A DNA stretch of 64,000 nucleotides from an uncultured Coriobacteriia bacterium (lineage in GTDB: Bacteria > Actinomycetota > Coriobacteriia > Anaerosomatales > JAAXUF01), in NCBI GenBank assembly GCA_963726345.1, contig CAVSCC010000006.1, positions 53,090 through 117,089 on the forward strand, given 5' to 3'. The notes below the pieces were generated by a model. That model saw only the letters and a program-made list of their open reading frames with translations, searched no databases and had not been told where the DNA came from. Made by a program: the position numbers and the translations under genes. Of the stretch, positions 31,215-45,106 are shown piece by piece (within the stretch, counting starts at the first letter, position 1; each line of letters begins with the position of its first letter).

Positions 31215-32512
31215 ATGCGCGATCCTCTACATCCACCAGTTCTTCGCCACGCGGGAGTCAGCGCTCGGGCTGATCCGCAGCTACGAGTTCTCGCGGCGCT
31301 GGGTCGAGCAGGGGCACGAGGTCACGGTCGTCACGAGCGTCGTCGCGCCTTCCCGAGGAGTTCTCGGCGAAGCGCGTTCGTCGACGGCGAGATCGACGGC
31401 ATCCGCGTGCGGTAGCGTGCGCGTCGCCTACAGCAACTACATGGGCTACGGCGCGGCGCATCTGGTCGTTCGTCGCGTTCATGTTCGGCGCGACCTGGCT
31501 CGCCGTCGACCGCCGGCAAGCCTGACGTCGTCTTCGCCACCTCGACGCCGCTCACGGTCGGCATCCCCGGGCTGCATCGCGCGCGAGCTGCGCCGGCGTG
31601 CCGTTCGTCTTCGAGGTGCGGGACCTGTGGCCCGAGGCCGCCATCCAGATGGGCGCGATCAGGCGCCACGGACTCATCGGCGGTCGCGCGAAGTGCGCTC
31701 GAGCGCTTCCTCTACCGCCGCGTCGCGCGAGGTCATCGCGCTCTCGCCGGGCATGGCCGACGGCGTCGTGGCCGAGGGCATCGCCCCCGAGCGCGTGCAC
31801 ATGGTGCCGAACTCGAGCGACCTCGACCTGTTCTACCCCGGGACGCAAGGACGCCGCACTGGTCGAGCGGTTCGGCCTGTCCGACAAGTTCGTCGTCGGC
31901 TACGCGGGGGCGATCGGCCCGTCCAACGAGGTCGAGGGCAACGTGCCCGCAAGCGGCGCGCATCCTGCTCGAGCGCGGCCGCGACGACATCGTGTTCCTC
32001 ATCGCCGGCGACGGCAAGTCGCTGCCCGCGCTCGAGGACGCGGTGCGAGGACCTGCCCAACGTCAGGCTCGCCGGCTGCGATGCCCAAGGCCGAGGTCCC
32101 GCGTTTCACGCGCACCGCCGACGCGCTCATGGTGCTCTTCGCCGACAAGCCCATCCTGGCCACGAACTCGCCCAACAAGTTCTTCGACGGGCTGGCCAGC
32201 GGCAAGCCGATGATCGTGAACTCCGCCGGCTGGACGCGCGAGCTCGTCGAGGAACACCGAGCGGGCCGCTACTTCCCGGCCGGCGACGGGGTCGCGCTCG
32301 CCGACAGCGATCGAGGGGCTGGCCGACGACCCCGCCGCTGCGTGCCAGATGGGCGCCAACGCCCTCGACGCTGGCCGAGAGCCGCTTCGCGCGCGACATC
32401 CTGGCCGAGCAGGTGCTCGGGTGCTCGAGAGCCGCCGCCGAGCAGGAGGGCACGGAACGGGACCGCCCAGACGGCCGCGTCGCGACCGGACGTCAAGGAT
32501 GTCGCCTCGTAG
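31215..32512 (+). CDS. Glycosyltransferase, GT4 WbuB-like; many frame breaks
   Basis: The ATG is at 31215. Removing one base gives [41 protein letters not shown]. Later fragments read [35 protein letters not shown] and [55 protein letters not shown]. Confidence 0.8.
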
Positions 32513-32527
32513 GTGACGCGTGAAGCG

Positions 32528-34070
32528 CTACTGCGTCTGAACGGGTGCCGCGGGCACCTTGCTCACGTCCCAGTCCTTGCCCACGATCACCAGCACGTCA
32601 GTGGTGAACGTGTACATTCCCCGACTCGCAACGAGCTTGGTTGCCCGGGGCATGTAGGTCCCCACGAGCTGCGCCGGCGCCGAGTCAGTCTTGTAGACGA
32701 TCATGGTCTTCTGGTAGACGTTCTGATTGGTGTTGCCCACCGAGGGCGCTCGGAAGCCCTGCGCCTTCAGGATCGCCGCAGCCTGCTTCGCCGCGCCCGA
32801 GATACCGGAGCCGTTCCGCACCGTCACGGTGACCTGGGCCGGCTTCTTGGCAGGGGCGGCGGCGGGAGTGCCCGCCGGGTCGGCCGTGGCGGTGGGGCTC
32901 ACACTCTTCGTCCCCTCGAAGGAGCGTCCTGCCTTGATGTCCGCGATGTAGTGCGCGAGCTTCTTCAGTGTCCGGATACACGAATGGGGACTTCCATGTG
33001 CCCGGAACCGTCGCAGTGTAGACGTTCGCGCTGCTCGCGCCCCGAAGAGACTGTGCCGTCCTGATCATGTCCATGAGCGACATGTCGGTCATCACGTGGG
33101 GAGCGACGGCGGAGATGGTACCGCGGGATCTTGGAGACACTGCTCGCCTTTGAGACCTGGTCGGCCAGCGCCTTGAAGAAGGCCTGCTGGTTCTTCATTC
33201 GAGTCCAGTCAGCGTCGGGGTAGTCTCGGCTGCGAACGAATGTCAGCGCGTGTTCACCGTCGAGCTTCTGGTAGCCGGCCGGCACCTTCGCCGCGCGATG
33301 ATGCGGGCTGCGGTCGGCCTTGCGGTCGTTGATGGCCTGCGGCACATCGACCCACACGCCACCCAGCGCATCGACGGCCTTCTCAAACGCCGTGAAGTCC
33401 ACTTCCATGTAGTGGTTGATCTTGAGCCCCGTGAACTTCTGGACCGTCTGGACCGTGAGCTTGGGCCCACCGTAGTAGTGCGCATCGTTGATCTTGCGCT
33501 CGCCATGACCCGGAATAGAGACCTTGGTATCGCGCGGAATAGACAGCAGCCAGACAGCCTTCTTCTGCGGGTCGACATGCGCCACGATCATGGTGTCGGT
33601 GCGGTAGGCCTTCTCTTTGGGACGCCTATCGACGCCCAGGAGCAGTAGATTGTACGGCTCCATCGGCTTGGCCGGGACCAGTACGACGTCGAGCTTCTCC
33701 TGCTTGACGATGGTGCCCTGCATCGTGTTCTGGATCTTCATCGCGAACGCGGCTACACCCACACCGGCCGTCACCAGGAGCACGGCTATCACGCCGAAGA
33801 CCACAAGCGCGATGCGCTTGCCTCGAGAGCGGCGTCTTCTCTCTCGACACGCAGCCGCTCGGGCGCGTGCTCAAGAGAACCGCGTCGGCGTGAGCCCGGG
33901 TCGGAAAGCACGTATGACTCGCCGCGTGCGTTCATTTTCGCCGCGGTCGAACGCTCGCCCGGCGTCCGGCGACGCTCCGCCGGGACCCGCCGCTTGGCGC
34001 CATCGCCCGAATCGCGGCGAGATGATCCACCGGATTCCCGTCGAGGCCGACCACTTGAGTGCTTGCCCAT
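32528..34070 (-). CDS. LytR-CpsA-Psr (LCP) family glycopolymer transferase with C-terminal LytR_C domain; at least 3 frame breaks
   Basis: A basic cytoplasmic N-terminus and TM segment (VVFGVIAVLLVTAGVGVAAFA) come first. The LCP core reads YNLLLLGVDRRPKEKAYRTDTMIVAHVDPQKKAVWLLSIPRDTKVSIPGHGERKINDAHYYGG...HYMEVDFTAFEKAVDALGGVWVDVP. The LytR_C domain reads VTVTVRNGSGISGAAKQAAAILKAQGF...VLVIVGKDW. Confidence 0.88.
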
Positions 34071-34255
34071 ACGCCTCCTGCGTTGTCTCTTACACCGTGA
34101 ACACTGCGGACCTCCGTGACGCACTCAGTCCAAGGATGCGTGGCCCGCGGCGCCTGCGCCATCGCGGAGCTTGTGCAAACGCCCTGCCAGCGCCCGCGGC
34201 GCAATCAAGCCGTCAACCTTTCGCAACCGCGGTTCCTTGCGAGTACACCCGTCAA

Positions 34256-34771
34256 TCAAGCCGTGACAACCGCGTCGTCTTCCACAACTGTGCCTGGACG
34301 GACCGTCGTGGCGTCACCGATCGACACGCCGGCACCAAGCCGCACCCCGTCACCCAGCACGACATCTACGCCGATCCGGCAGCGCTCGCGCACGATCACA
34401 CCGTGGCCTATGGTACTCCGCGCGCCGATGGTCCCATTGCCTTCGATGACCGTGTTGCTCCCTATGATGCACCACTCGCCTACTTCGAGGCCCGACCACT
34501 GCTCGTCGGAATCTCGAGTCCTGGAAACCGGACGCTTGCCAACCACCACTCCGTCGCCCAGAACACATCCTTCTCCCAGCACGGCGTCGTCATGCACCGT
34601 CACATGGTCTCCAAGAAGCACGTTGTCGCCGATTCGCGCGGCATGGCGCAGGTGGAGAAAGGGGCCTGCTATCACGTGCTCGCCGACGTGGACCTCATCA
34701 TCGATGAGAGTGAACGGCGCGGGCTTGAAGTTCTCGCCGACGACCGCCGTTGGGTGCACATATGCAGTCAC
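34256..34771 (-). CDS. Hexapeptide-repeat (left-handed beta-helix) sugar N-acyl/acetyltransferase (intact)
   Basis: The 171-aa ORF consists almost entirely of imperfect hexapeptide repeats ([LIV]-G-x4), for example [32 protein letters not shown]...[33 protein letters not shown]. It sits next to a UDP-sugar dehydrogenase. Confidence 0.8.
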   Translation of the reverse strand: MTAYVHPTAVVGENFKPAPFTLIDDEVHVGEHVIAGPFLHLRHAARIGDNVLLGDHVTVHDDAVLGEGCVLGDGVVVGKRPVSRTRDSDEQWSGLEVGEWCIIGSNTVIEGNGTIGARSTIGHGVIVRERCRIGVDVVLGDGVRLGAGVSIGDATTVRPGTVVEDDAVVTA

Positions 34772-34813
34772 AGGTCGCTACTTCCGTAGGTGGACAGAGG
34801 CCGCAGTGGCTGA

Positions 34814-36111
34814 CTACAGCGTTACGATTCGTTCGTCTTGGAACGCCTTGAGGGCGTTGCGGGTGTCCAGGACGAGCTGCGAGGAGTGCACGACGAGTTC
34901 GTAGTCGACGTTGGAGTGGTCGGTCACGACGAGTACCGCATCGGCGGCGGCGAGCTCTTCCTCGGTCAGCTCGACGCGCGGGAACGCGCTCGCCCTCGAC
35001 GATGAACTCGGAGACGAACGGATCGTGGTACACCACGTCCGCCTCCTTGGCGCGAAGCAGCTCGGCGATCTTGATCGCCGGAGACTCGCGCATGTCGTCG
35101 ATATTGGCCTTGTAGGCAACGCCGAGAATCAGGACCCTGCTGCCGGCGAGCGGCTTGCGATGCGTGTTCAGCGCGCTCATGAGCCGCTCGACCACGTAGT
35201 ACGGCATCGCCTCGTTGGTCTTGCCGGCCAGCTCGATGAACTCCGTGTGCATGTCGAACTGGCGGGCCTTCCATGACAGGTAGAACGGGTCGATCGGAAT
35301 GCAGTGACCGCCGAGACCCGGGCCGGGATAGAACGGCATGAAGCCGAACGGCTTGGTCTTGGCCGCGTCGACGACCTCCCAGATGTTGATGCCCATGCGC
35401 TCGCTGACCAGCAGGAGCTCGTTCATGAGCGCGATGTTGACGCAGCGGAAGATGTTCTCGAGCAGCTTGGTCATCTCGGCGGTGCGCGTCGAGGAGACCG
35501 GGACCACGGTGTCCAGGAAGCGCTCGTAGAAGGCGACGGCGACCTCCGTGCACTGTGCGGTCACGCCGCCAACGACCTTGGGCGTGTTCTTGGTCTGGTA
35601 GACCGGGTTGCCCGGGTCGACGCGCTCCGGCGAGAAGGCGAGGTGCAGGTCGGTCCCGACCTTGAGATCGAAGCTCTCGAGGATCGGCTGGACGATCTCC
35701 TCGGTGGTGCCGGGATACGTGGTCGATTCGAGCGTGACCAGCATCTCCGGGACGCAGGAACGGGGCGATCTGCCGAGCAGCGGACTCCATGAACGAGGTG
35801 TCCGGCTCCTTCATCGAATCGAGCGGAGTCGGGACGCAGATCACGACGACGTCGCACTCGCCTGCTCGCGAGAAGTCGGTCGTGGCCTCGATGAGGCCCG
35901 CCGAGACCATCCCGGCGAGCTCGTCGGACGGCACGTCCGGAATGTAGCTGCGCCCGGCCGTGATCTCGGCGCACTTGTCGGCGGCGATGTCGATGCCGAT
36001 CACGTGGTGCTCCGATCGGGCCATCTCGACCACCAACGGCAGGCCGACGTAGCCCAAGCCGACTACACCGAACACGGCCGTGCCATCACTGAGACGCTGA
36101 AGAAGGGTCAT
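34814..36111 (-). CDS. Nucleotide-sugar dehydrogenase, UDP-N-acetyl-D-mannosamine/glucosamine dehydrogenase type (WecC/WbpA/Cap5O-like); 2 frame breaks
   Basis: The recognisable pieces are [73 protein letters not shown] (catalytic Cys) and [20 protein letters not shown]. The C-terminus is in fragment 34814..35119. Confidence 0.88.
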
Positions 36112-36197
36112 GTCCGACGTACTCCCTATCAGTCACTGCTGCCGATGCCGACGATTGCCGGCGCTCGCCGCGCGGAAGTGCCGCATCACAAATCCCG

Positions 36198-36620
36198 CTA
36201 TTTTATCGCAAACATGAGCTCGCCCGAGCAGGCGAGTTCTCCACCTACGCTCGCCCGCGCTTCGCCGAAGCCGATGGGCCCTCGCATGCGGGTGATCGTG
36301 CATTCGAGCCGCAGCGTCTCGCCCGGAACCACCTGTCGCTTGAACCGAACCTTGTCGATGCCGGCGAAGAACGCGAGCTTGCCTCGGTTCTCCGGCAGCG
36401 AGAGCAGGGCGACGGCGCCGACCTGCGCAAGCGCCTCGACGATCAGAACGCCGGGCATGACGGCGTACTCGGGGAAGTGGCCGGGGACCCAGAACGCGGA
36501 CTCCACGACGTCGAGTTCGCCCACCGCCGAGACACCCTGCTCCATCTCAAGCACGCGGTCAACGAGCAGGAACGGTGCGCGGTGCGGGATGATGGCTTCG
36601 ATTCCCTTGCGATCAAGCAT
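36198..36620 (-). CDS. fabZ: 3-hydroxyacyl-ACP dehydratase FabZ (intact)
   Basis: The ORF reads [18 protein letters not shown]...[24 protein letters not shown]...[22 protein letters not shown]. Confidence 0.93.
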   Translation of the reverse strand: MLDRKGIEAIIPHRAPFLLVDRVLEMEQGVSAVGELDVVESAFWVPGHFPEYAVMPGVLIVEALAQVGAVALLSLPENRGKLAFFAGIDKVRFKRQVVPGETLRLECTITRMRGPIGFGEARASVGGELACSGELMFAIK

Positions 36621-36659
36621 GTCGCTCGTGTCCCCTCTCCGGACCAGACGCGCTGAAGT

Positions 36660-37920
36660 CTAGGATCGTGTGCGCTTGATGTCGGCGCCGAGTGACGAGA
36701 GCTTGTCGACAAAGCACTCGTAGCCACGATCGATGTGGTAGATGTCCCCGATGACCGTCTCTCCGTCGGCCACGAGTGCGGCGAGGACAAGCGCCGCGCC
36801 GCCACGAAGGTCGGGGCACTTCACGGGCGCCGCCGAGAGCCGTGCAACGCCCTTGACCAAGGCGTGATGCCCCTCGATCCGGATGTCGGCCCCCATGCGG
36901 CTGAGTTCATCGGCGAACATGAAGCGGTTCTCGAACACGTTCTCGGTGATGATGCTGTTGCCGTCCGCGATCGCCATGAGCGCCATGAACTGCGCCTGCA
37001 TGTCGGTCGGGAACCCCGGGTACGGAAGCGTCTGGATGTCTACAGGCCTGGCGGTCGCACTCCGTTGCACGGTCACGCCGTCCGCCACTGATGTCGATGC
37101 GACATCCGGCCTGCTCCAGTTTGGCGAGCAAGAGCTCAAGGTGGGCCGGGTCGAATCCGGTCACGGTCACCGGACCCCCCGCAATCGCACCCGCGACGAC
37201 GAACGTGCCGGCCTCGATGCGGTCGCCGACTACGCGGTGCTCGACGGCGTGAAGCGCCTCAACACCCTCGACGGTCACCGTCGAGGTACCGCCCCCGCTG
37301 ATGCGCGCACCCATACCATTGAGGAAGTCGATGAGATCGACGATCTCGGGTTCGCGCGCCGCGTTCTCGATCACGGTCGTCCCGCGAGCTACGCTCGACG
37401 CAGTGAGCAGATTCTCTGTGGCGCCGACGCTCGGGAAGTCCAGGACGACGTGTGCGCCGTGCAGTCCGCCCTTGGGGGCGACGGCGTCGATGAAGCCGTG
37501 ACCGGTCCGAATCTCGACTCCGAGCTCGGCGAGCCCGCGGATGTGCATGTCGATCTTGCGCGACCCGATGTTGCATCCGCCGGGCATCGCGACGTGCGCC
37601 TGCCCATAGCGTGCGACGAGCGGTCCGAGCACCGAGATCGAAGCGCGCATCTTGGCCACCATCTCGTACGGCGCCTCGAAGCTCGTGATCTCGGTGGCGT
37701 CCACGGTCAGCGAATGGTCGCTGCGCACTACGGTCGCGCCAAGGCCGGACAGCACCTCGGACATCACCTCGACGTCGGCGATGTCGGGAACGTTTGTGAT
37801 CCGCGATACCCCCGGAGCAAGCAGGGCCGCGGCCATGAGTTTGAGTGCGGAGTTCTTCGCACCCTCGACGCGGACTTGGCCGGAGAGTGCGCGGCCTCCG
37901 CGGACTGTGATGGATTCCAT
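36660..37920 (-). CDS. murA: UDP-N-acetylglucosamine 1-carboxyvinyltransferase MurA; 1 frame break near 37090-37100
   Basis: The N-terminal part reads [35 protein letters not shown]...[19 protein letters not shown].... The C-terminal fragment reads ...[49 protein letters not shown]...[13 protein letters not shown]. Confidence 0.93.
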
Positions 37921-38003
37921 GGGTGTCAGGATAGCGCACCTCTCCGTGGCGGACGCTGCTCCGTCACGTTCCCGTGAACCGGGAGCGGCAACCGGACGCA
38001 GCA

Positions 38004-38035
38004 GGGGCGGACCCGCTTTCCGCGAGTCCGCCCCC
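38004..38035 (-). terminator. Strong GC hairpin downstream of atpC (GGGGCGGAC...GTCCGCCCC)
   Basis: A 9-bp perfect outer stem with additional inner pairing, 25 nt after the atpC stop. There is no clear U-tract on the minus-sense RNA. Confidence 0.5.
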
Positions 38036-38059
38036 GGTTGAAAACGATTGAAGCTCGAG

Positions 38060-38479
38060 CTAGCCGCGCTTCTCGGCGACGCGGAGCTGGACCTCGGTCC
38101 AGTTCAGGTCGCGCAGGAGATTGTCGCGCTCCTCGCACTCGGCAGGAAGCTCGCCGAGGCGTTCCTTGATCAGGTCGGCCGACTCCTTGGCGCGATCCGC
38201 GTCGATCTGCGAGACCGGCACGGCGGCGTCAGCAAGGACGATGACCTTGTCCTCGTGCACCTGCAGGTAGCCGCCGTTGATCGAGAAGAACTCCCAGTCG
38301 GCGGCGGAGTCACCAAAGCGCAGACGGACCTCTCCAGGCGCGAGCGTCGTGACGATCGGGGCGTGGAGCGGCAGGATGCCGATCTCGCCCTCGGGCGTCG
38401 TTGCGACGACCATCTGCACCTCGTTGGTGTAGAGGATCGACTCGGGGGTGACTATCTCGCAGAGGAGTGTGCGGGCCAT
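38060..38479 (-). CDS. atpC: F0F1 ATP synthase subunit epsilon (intact)
   Basis: The 139-aa ORF reads ...EIVTPESILYTNEVQMVVATTPEGEIGILPLHAPIVTTLAPGEV.... It is the last gene of the atp operon. Confidence 0.92.
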   Translation of the reverse strand: MARTLLCEIVTPESILYTNEVQMVVATTPEGEIGILPLHAPIVTTLAPGEVRLRFGDSAADWEFFSINGGYLQVHEDKVIVLADAAVPVSQIDADRAKESADLIKERLGELPAECEERDNLLRDLNWTEVQLRVAEKRG

Positions 38480-38491
38480 ATGTCGACTCCC

Positions 38492-39922
<1,431 letters not shown>

Positions 39923-40819
39923 CTAGCCCTTGTCCTCCTGCGCTGCCGCACCGCCGACGATCTCGGCGATCTCGGTGGAGATCGCGTCCTGGCGAGCGCG
40001 GTTGTAGCTGCGCGTCAGGGTCGTGATCATCTCGGAGGCGTTGTCGGTGGCCGACTTCATAGCGGTACGACGCGCGCCCTGCTCGGCCGCGGCCGACTCA
40101 AGCATCGAGCGGTAGATGAGTGCCTCGACGTACGTCGGGAGCAGGTCAGCGAGCACCTGCTTGCTCGACGGCTCGAAGAGGTACTCGAGGTTGCGACCGG
40201 CGGCCTCGACGCCCGCCTCGGCAGAGTCGAGCACCTCGTGCTCGATCGGCAGAAGCTGGTGCATCTCGGGAACCTGGTCGGCGATGTTCTTGAAGCGGTT
40301 GAAGAGGACGTAGACCGCATCGAGCTCGCCGTCCTCGTACTCCTTCATGACGTGCGCCGCAATCGAGCGAGCCTCCTCGTAGGAGGGCTTGTCGGAGTTG
40401 CCGACGAGCGAGACGGACGGCTCAACACCGCGATAGCGGAAGTAGCCGAGCGCCTTCTTGCCCGCGAGGATCATCTCGACCTCGACACCATCGGCGGCGA
40501 ACTCGGCCATGGTGCGCTCGGTCAGGCGGATGATGTTGCTGTTGAACGCGCCCGCGAAGCCGCGGTCGGAGACGATGGAGATCAAGGCGACGCGCCTGCG
40601 CTCAGGGTGCACCTCGAGCAGCGGGTGACTCACGTCTTCGACGTAGCGGACGACGTTGCCGAGCACCTCGGCCATCGCCAGGGCGTACGGCCGTGCGTTC
40701 TCGATGCGCGTCTGCGCCTTCTTCAGCTTGGCGGTCGAGACCATCTCCATGGTGCGGGTGATCTGACGCGTCGACTGGACGCTCCCTATGCGGTTCTTGA
40801 TATCGCGCAGAGTCGCCAT
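39923..40819 (-). CDS. atpG: F0F1 ATP synthase subunit gamma (intact)
   Basis: The ORF reads MATLRDIKNRIGSVQSTRQITRTMEMVSTAKLKKAQ...ARQDAISTEIAEIVGGAAA. Confidence 0.95.
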   Translation of the reverse strand: MATLRDIKNRIGSVQSTRQITRTMEMVSTAKLKKAQTRIENARPYALAMAEVLGNVVRYVEDVSHPLLEVHPERRRVALISIVSDRGFAGAFNSNIIRLTERTMAEFAADGVEVEMILAGKKALGYFRYRGVEPSVSLVGNSDKPSYEEARSIAAHVMKEYEDGELDAVYVLFNRFKNIADQVPEMHQLLPIEHEVLDSAEAGVEAAGRNLEYLFEPSSKQVLADLLPTYVEALIYRSMLESAAAEQGARRTAMKSATDNASEMITTLTRSYNRARQDAISTEIAEIVGGAAAQEDKG

Positions 40820-40828
40820 CTAGTTCCC

Positions 40829-42451
<1,623 letters not shown>

Positions 42452-43018
42452 CTACGCTTCACCTCCAGTATGTGCACTGAGCACCAGACGGGCGTTCTCC
42501 AGCTGCGACGCCAGACTGGCGTCGATACGGTGCCCGTGCGTGCTGATGACGATTCCGCCGATGATCGACGGGTCGACCGTCTCCCGAAGGACGACGCCCT
42601 TCCCAAGATCCGCGGCGAGCTTTGCCGAGATTGACTCGCGCAGTGCATCCGAGAGCTCGACAGCGGTGGTCACGTCGACCGCAACCACGCCGCGCCGTTC
42701 CTCGGAGATCTCGTCGAACGCCTCGACAAGATTGGCGAGCAGTCCGAAGTCATTGCGCTCGACCATGACCGCGAGCGTGGAGACGAGCGATGGCTGCAGG
42801 CCTGCGAAGACCTCGCGGGCGACACCTGCGCGGCGCGCGCCGGGAACGCTGTCGTCTGCCATCGCGTCGCGCAGAGGAGCGTGACTGCGTACCAGCCGCA
42901 GCGCAGCGTCGAGCTGCGTGTAGACGTCATCCACGGCGCCCGCGGAGTCCGCTGCGTCAAAGAGCACGCCTGCGTACGTCGCGACGACCTGCTTTGCGAG
43001 CATCCTGCTAGTTGGCAT
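42452..43018 (-). CDS. atpH: F0F1 ATP synthase subunit delta (intact)
   Basis: The 188-aa ORF is OSCP-like (...VDPSIIGGIVISTHGHRIDASLASQLENA...). It sits between atpF and atpA. Confidence 0.88.
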   Translation of the reverse strand: MPTSRMLAKQVVATYAGVLFDAADSAGAVDDVYTQLDAALRLVRSHAPLRDAMADDSVPGARRAGVAREVFAGLQPSLVSTLAVMVERNDFGLLANLVEAFDEISEERRGVVAVDVTTAVELSDALRESISAKLAADLGKGVVLRETVDPSIIGGIVISTHGHRIDASLASQLENARLVLSAHTGGEA

Positions 43019-43508
43019 TCAGGCTGCCCGCCTCGCTGACGTACTTCTCGATGACTTTGAGCTGGTCATCTCGCGAGAGTTCACCGGCGATGAGCCTGCC
43101 GGCCACGGCGATCGACAGGTCCGCGACGGACTTCTGCAGATCGGCGATCGCAGCACGCTTCTCGCCCTCGATCGCCTCACGCGCCTTGGCGATCAGCTCG
43201 TCGGCATCCGCAAGGGCCTTGGCCTGGGCCTCGGACCGGGTCGACTCGGCAGACTGCTTGGCCTGCTGCAGGATCGTGCCGGCCTCTTTGCGCGCCTCAG
43301 ACATGGTGTGCTTGTACTCCTCGAGCAGACGCTCGGCCTCGACCTTGGCGGCCTCGGCGCGCTCGAGCGACTCGCGGATGTTGACCGCGCGCTCGTCGAG
43401 GATGCTCGTGATCGGCGGCCAGACGAACTTGGCCGAGATGAAGAGAATGATCAGGAACGATATGAGAGCCGGGATCAGCTCATTAAGCTTGGGTATGAGT
43501 AGCTCCAC
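43008..43508 (-). CDS. atpF: F0F1 ATP synthase subunit b (intact)
   Basis: An N-terminal TM segment (LIPALISFLIILFISAKFVWPPI) is followed by a long charged helix. Confidence 0.88.
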   Translation of the reverse strand: MELLIPKLNELIPALISFLIILFISAKFVWPPITSILDERAVNIRESLERAEAAKVEAERLLEEYKHTMSEARKEAGTILQQAKQSAESTRSEAQAKALADADELIAKAREAIEGEKRAAIADLQKSVADLSIAVAGRLIAGELSRDDQLKVIEKYVSEAGSLNAN

Positions 43509-43542
43509 GCCTGGTACCTCCGATTCGGCTTAGCGAAGCGAA

Positions 43543-43764
43543 CTAGCCGCCGATCTTGGTCCAGAGCAGGATCGCCATAACGAAACCGAGGATACCGAGC
43601 GCCTCAGCCATACCGGCGCCGACGAAGAAGATCGTCTGGACCTTGCCGGCGACCTCAGGCTGACGAGCCATGGCCTCGGTGGTGCCACGGGCAACCATGG
43701 CGATCGCGAGGGTCGCGCCGACGACGACGACCGCGTACATGAGACCGATACCGATAAACTCCAC
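43543..43764 (-). CDS. atpE: F0F1 ATP synthase subunit c (intact)
   Basis: The 73-aa ORF forms a two-helix hairpin, ...ARQPEVAGK...FFVGAGMAEALGILGFVMAILL, with the conserved carboxylate. Confidence 0.93.
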   Translation of the reverse strand: MEFIGIGLMYAVVVVGATLAIAMVARGTTEAMARQPEVAGKVQTIFFVGAGMAEALGILGFVMAILLWTKIGG

Positions 43765-43853
43765 TTTAGTCCTCCTTGGTTGTGGTGGGCCCCACTCTTG
43801 GGGACCGCGCCTGCAACTTCAGCCGGCGATTGTTCGCCGGGCAGAAACCGTGT

Positions 43854-44654
43854 CTAGTGCTCCGCGACGGCGAGCGAGATGTAGACCGTCGTCAGCAGCG
43901 TGAAGATGTACGCCTGCAGGATCGCGACGCCGATCTCCAGGACGTATAGGGCCGTGAGCAGAAGCATCCACGCCAACATTCCGATTCCGCCGATAGCGAT
44001 GTTCGCGACGCCGGAGCCTTCGATGCCGTGGATGATCTGCTCCACGGCGATCGAGGTCAGAATCGAGAAGATGCCGAGCACGATGTGCCCGGCATACATG
44101 TTGGCGAAGAGACGAATCGAGAGCGTGAACGGGCGCACGAAGAGCGAGATGACTTCGATGACCCAGATGACCGGCCACAGGACCCCGGGAACGCCATGCG
44201 GCACGATGCCCTTGATGTAGCCGCCGACGCCCTTCTTCTGCATGCCCGCTGCGTTGAACATGACGAACGCGACGAGCGCGAGCGCCACGGTGACGCCCAT
44301 CGTGCCGGTGCCGGGCTTGCCGCCCGGAAGGGTTCCGATGATGTTGTTGATGAGGATGAAGAAGAACACCGTGCCCAGGAAAGGAAAGTACTTGGTGCCC
44401 TCGGGGCCGATGTTGGCGACCGCGACATCGTTGCGAACGAACTCGACCAGCAGCTCGATCAGGTTGTAGAAGCGGCCCTTGGGGATGAGGCCTGCCTTCG
44501 TGCGGGCGACGAGGGTGATGACAAGCATCACGGCGACGGCGATGAAGAGGAAGACCAGGTAGTTGGTGAGGTGCCAGCTGGCGATGCCGGTCTCAAGATC
44601 GTTGGAAGCCAGGAAATGAAGTAGGTGTTCGATCTCTGCGCCGAAATTCTCCAC
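43854..44654 (-). CDS. atpB: F0F1 ATP synthase subunit a (intact)
   Basis: The ORF is polytopic and carries the conserved ...FTLSIRLFANMYAGHIVLGIF.... Confidence 0.93.
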   Translation of the reverse strand: MENFGAEIEHLLHFLASNDLETGIASWHLTNYLVFLFIAVAVMLVITLVARTKAGLIPKGRFYNLIELLVEFVRNDVAVANIGPEGTKYFPFLGTVFFFILINNIIGTLPGGKPGTGTMGVTVALALVAFVMFNAAGMQKKGVGGYIKGIVPHGVPGVLWPVIWVIEVISLFVRPFTLSIRLFANMYAGHIVLGIFSILTSIAVEQIIHGIEGSGVANIAIGGIGMLAWMLLLTALYVLEIGVAILQAYIFTLLTTVYISLAVAEH

Positions 44655-44681
44655 CCTCAGATCTCCCTTGCTAGTCGCGTG

Positions 44682-44981
44682 CTACTGCCGCCACAAGACG
44701 ATGCTGATGACGCCGAGCCCGATCACAAAACCAGCCGAGAGCGCCAGCCCGAAGTACAGGAACGCGCTCGGTGCAATGAACACATAGGCAATCAGAATCC
44801 CGGACGAGAGCAGCATTCCGCCCATCATGAACATCATCATGACGGCGATGCTGTCACTCGCATCGCGGGACGCGGAGATGGTTCTGCTCCACGCGGTGGC
44901 CGCTATCAGGCCTGCACCGATCAAGAAGCCGAGCACAGACTGCGACTGCCGGTGTCGCAAGAATCTCTCGCAGAGCTGCAC
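44682..44981 (-). CDS. Small membrane protein at the head of the atp operon (AtpI/AtpZ-like)
   Basis: The 99-aa ORF has a GTG start and 3 hydrophobic segments. Its position is equivalent to atpI / Rv1303. Confidence 0.6.
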   Translation of the reverse strand: MQLCERFLRHRQSQSVLGFLIGAGLIAATAWSRTISASRDASDSIAVMMMFMMGGMLLSSGILIAYVFIAPSAFLYFGLALSAGFVIGLGVISIVLWRQ

Positions 44982-45015
44982 GGTTCTTGCGGTCCCCGTT
45001 CCTTACCCTCGTCCC

Positions 45016-45033
45016 CTGACCCCTCGGGGTCAG
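45016..45033 (-). terminator. Hairpin downstream of wecA (CTGACCCC-tc-GGGGTCAG)
   Basis: An inverted repeat read directly, located between the wecA stop and the atp operon. Confidence 0.35.
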
Positions 45034-45106
45034 AACCAGCCTACTGCGGCTGACAAGCACGGTCATCGTACACGACCGCTCGGAGGGCAACAACCTACAT
45101 TCAGGT

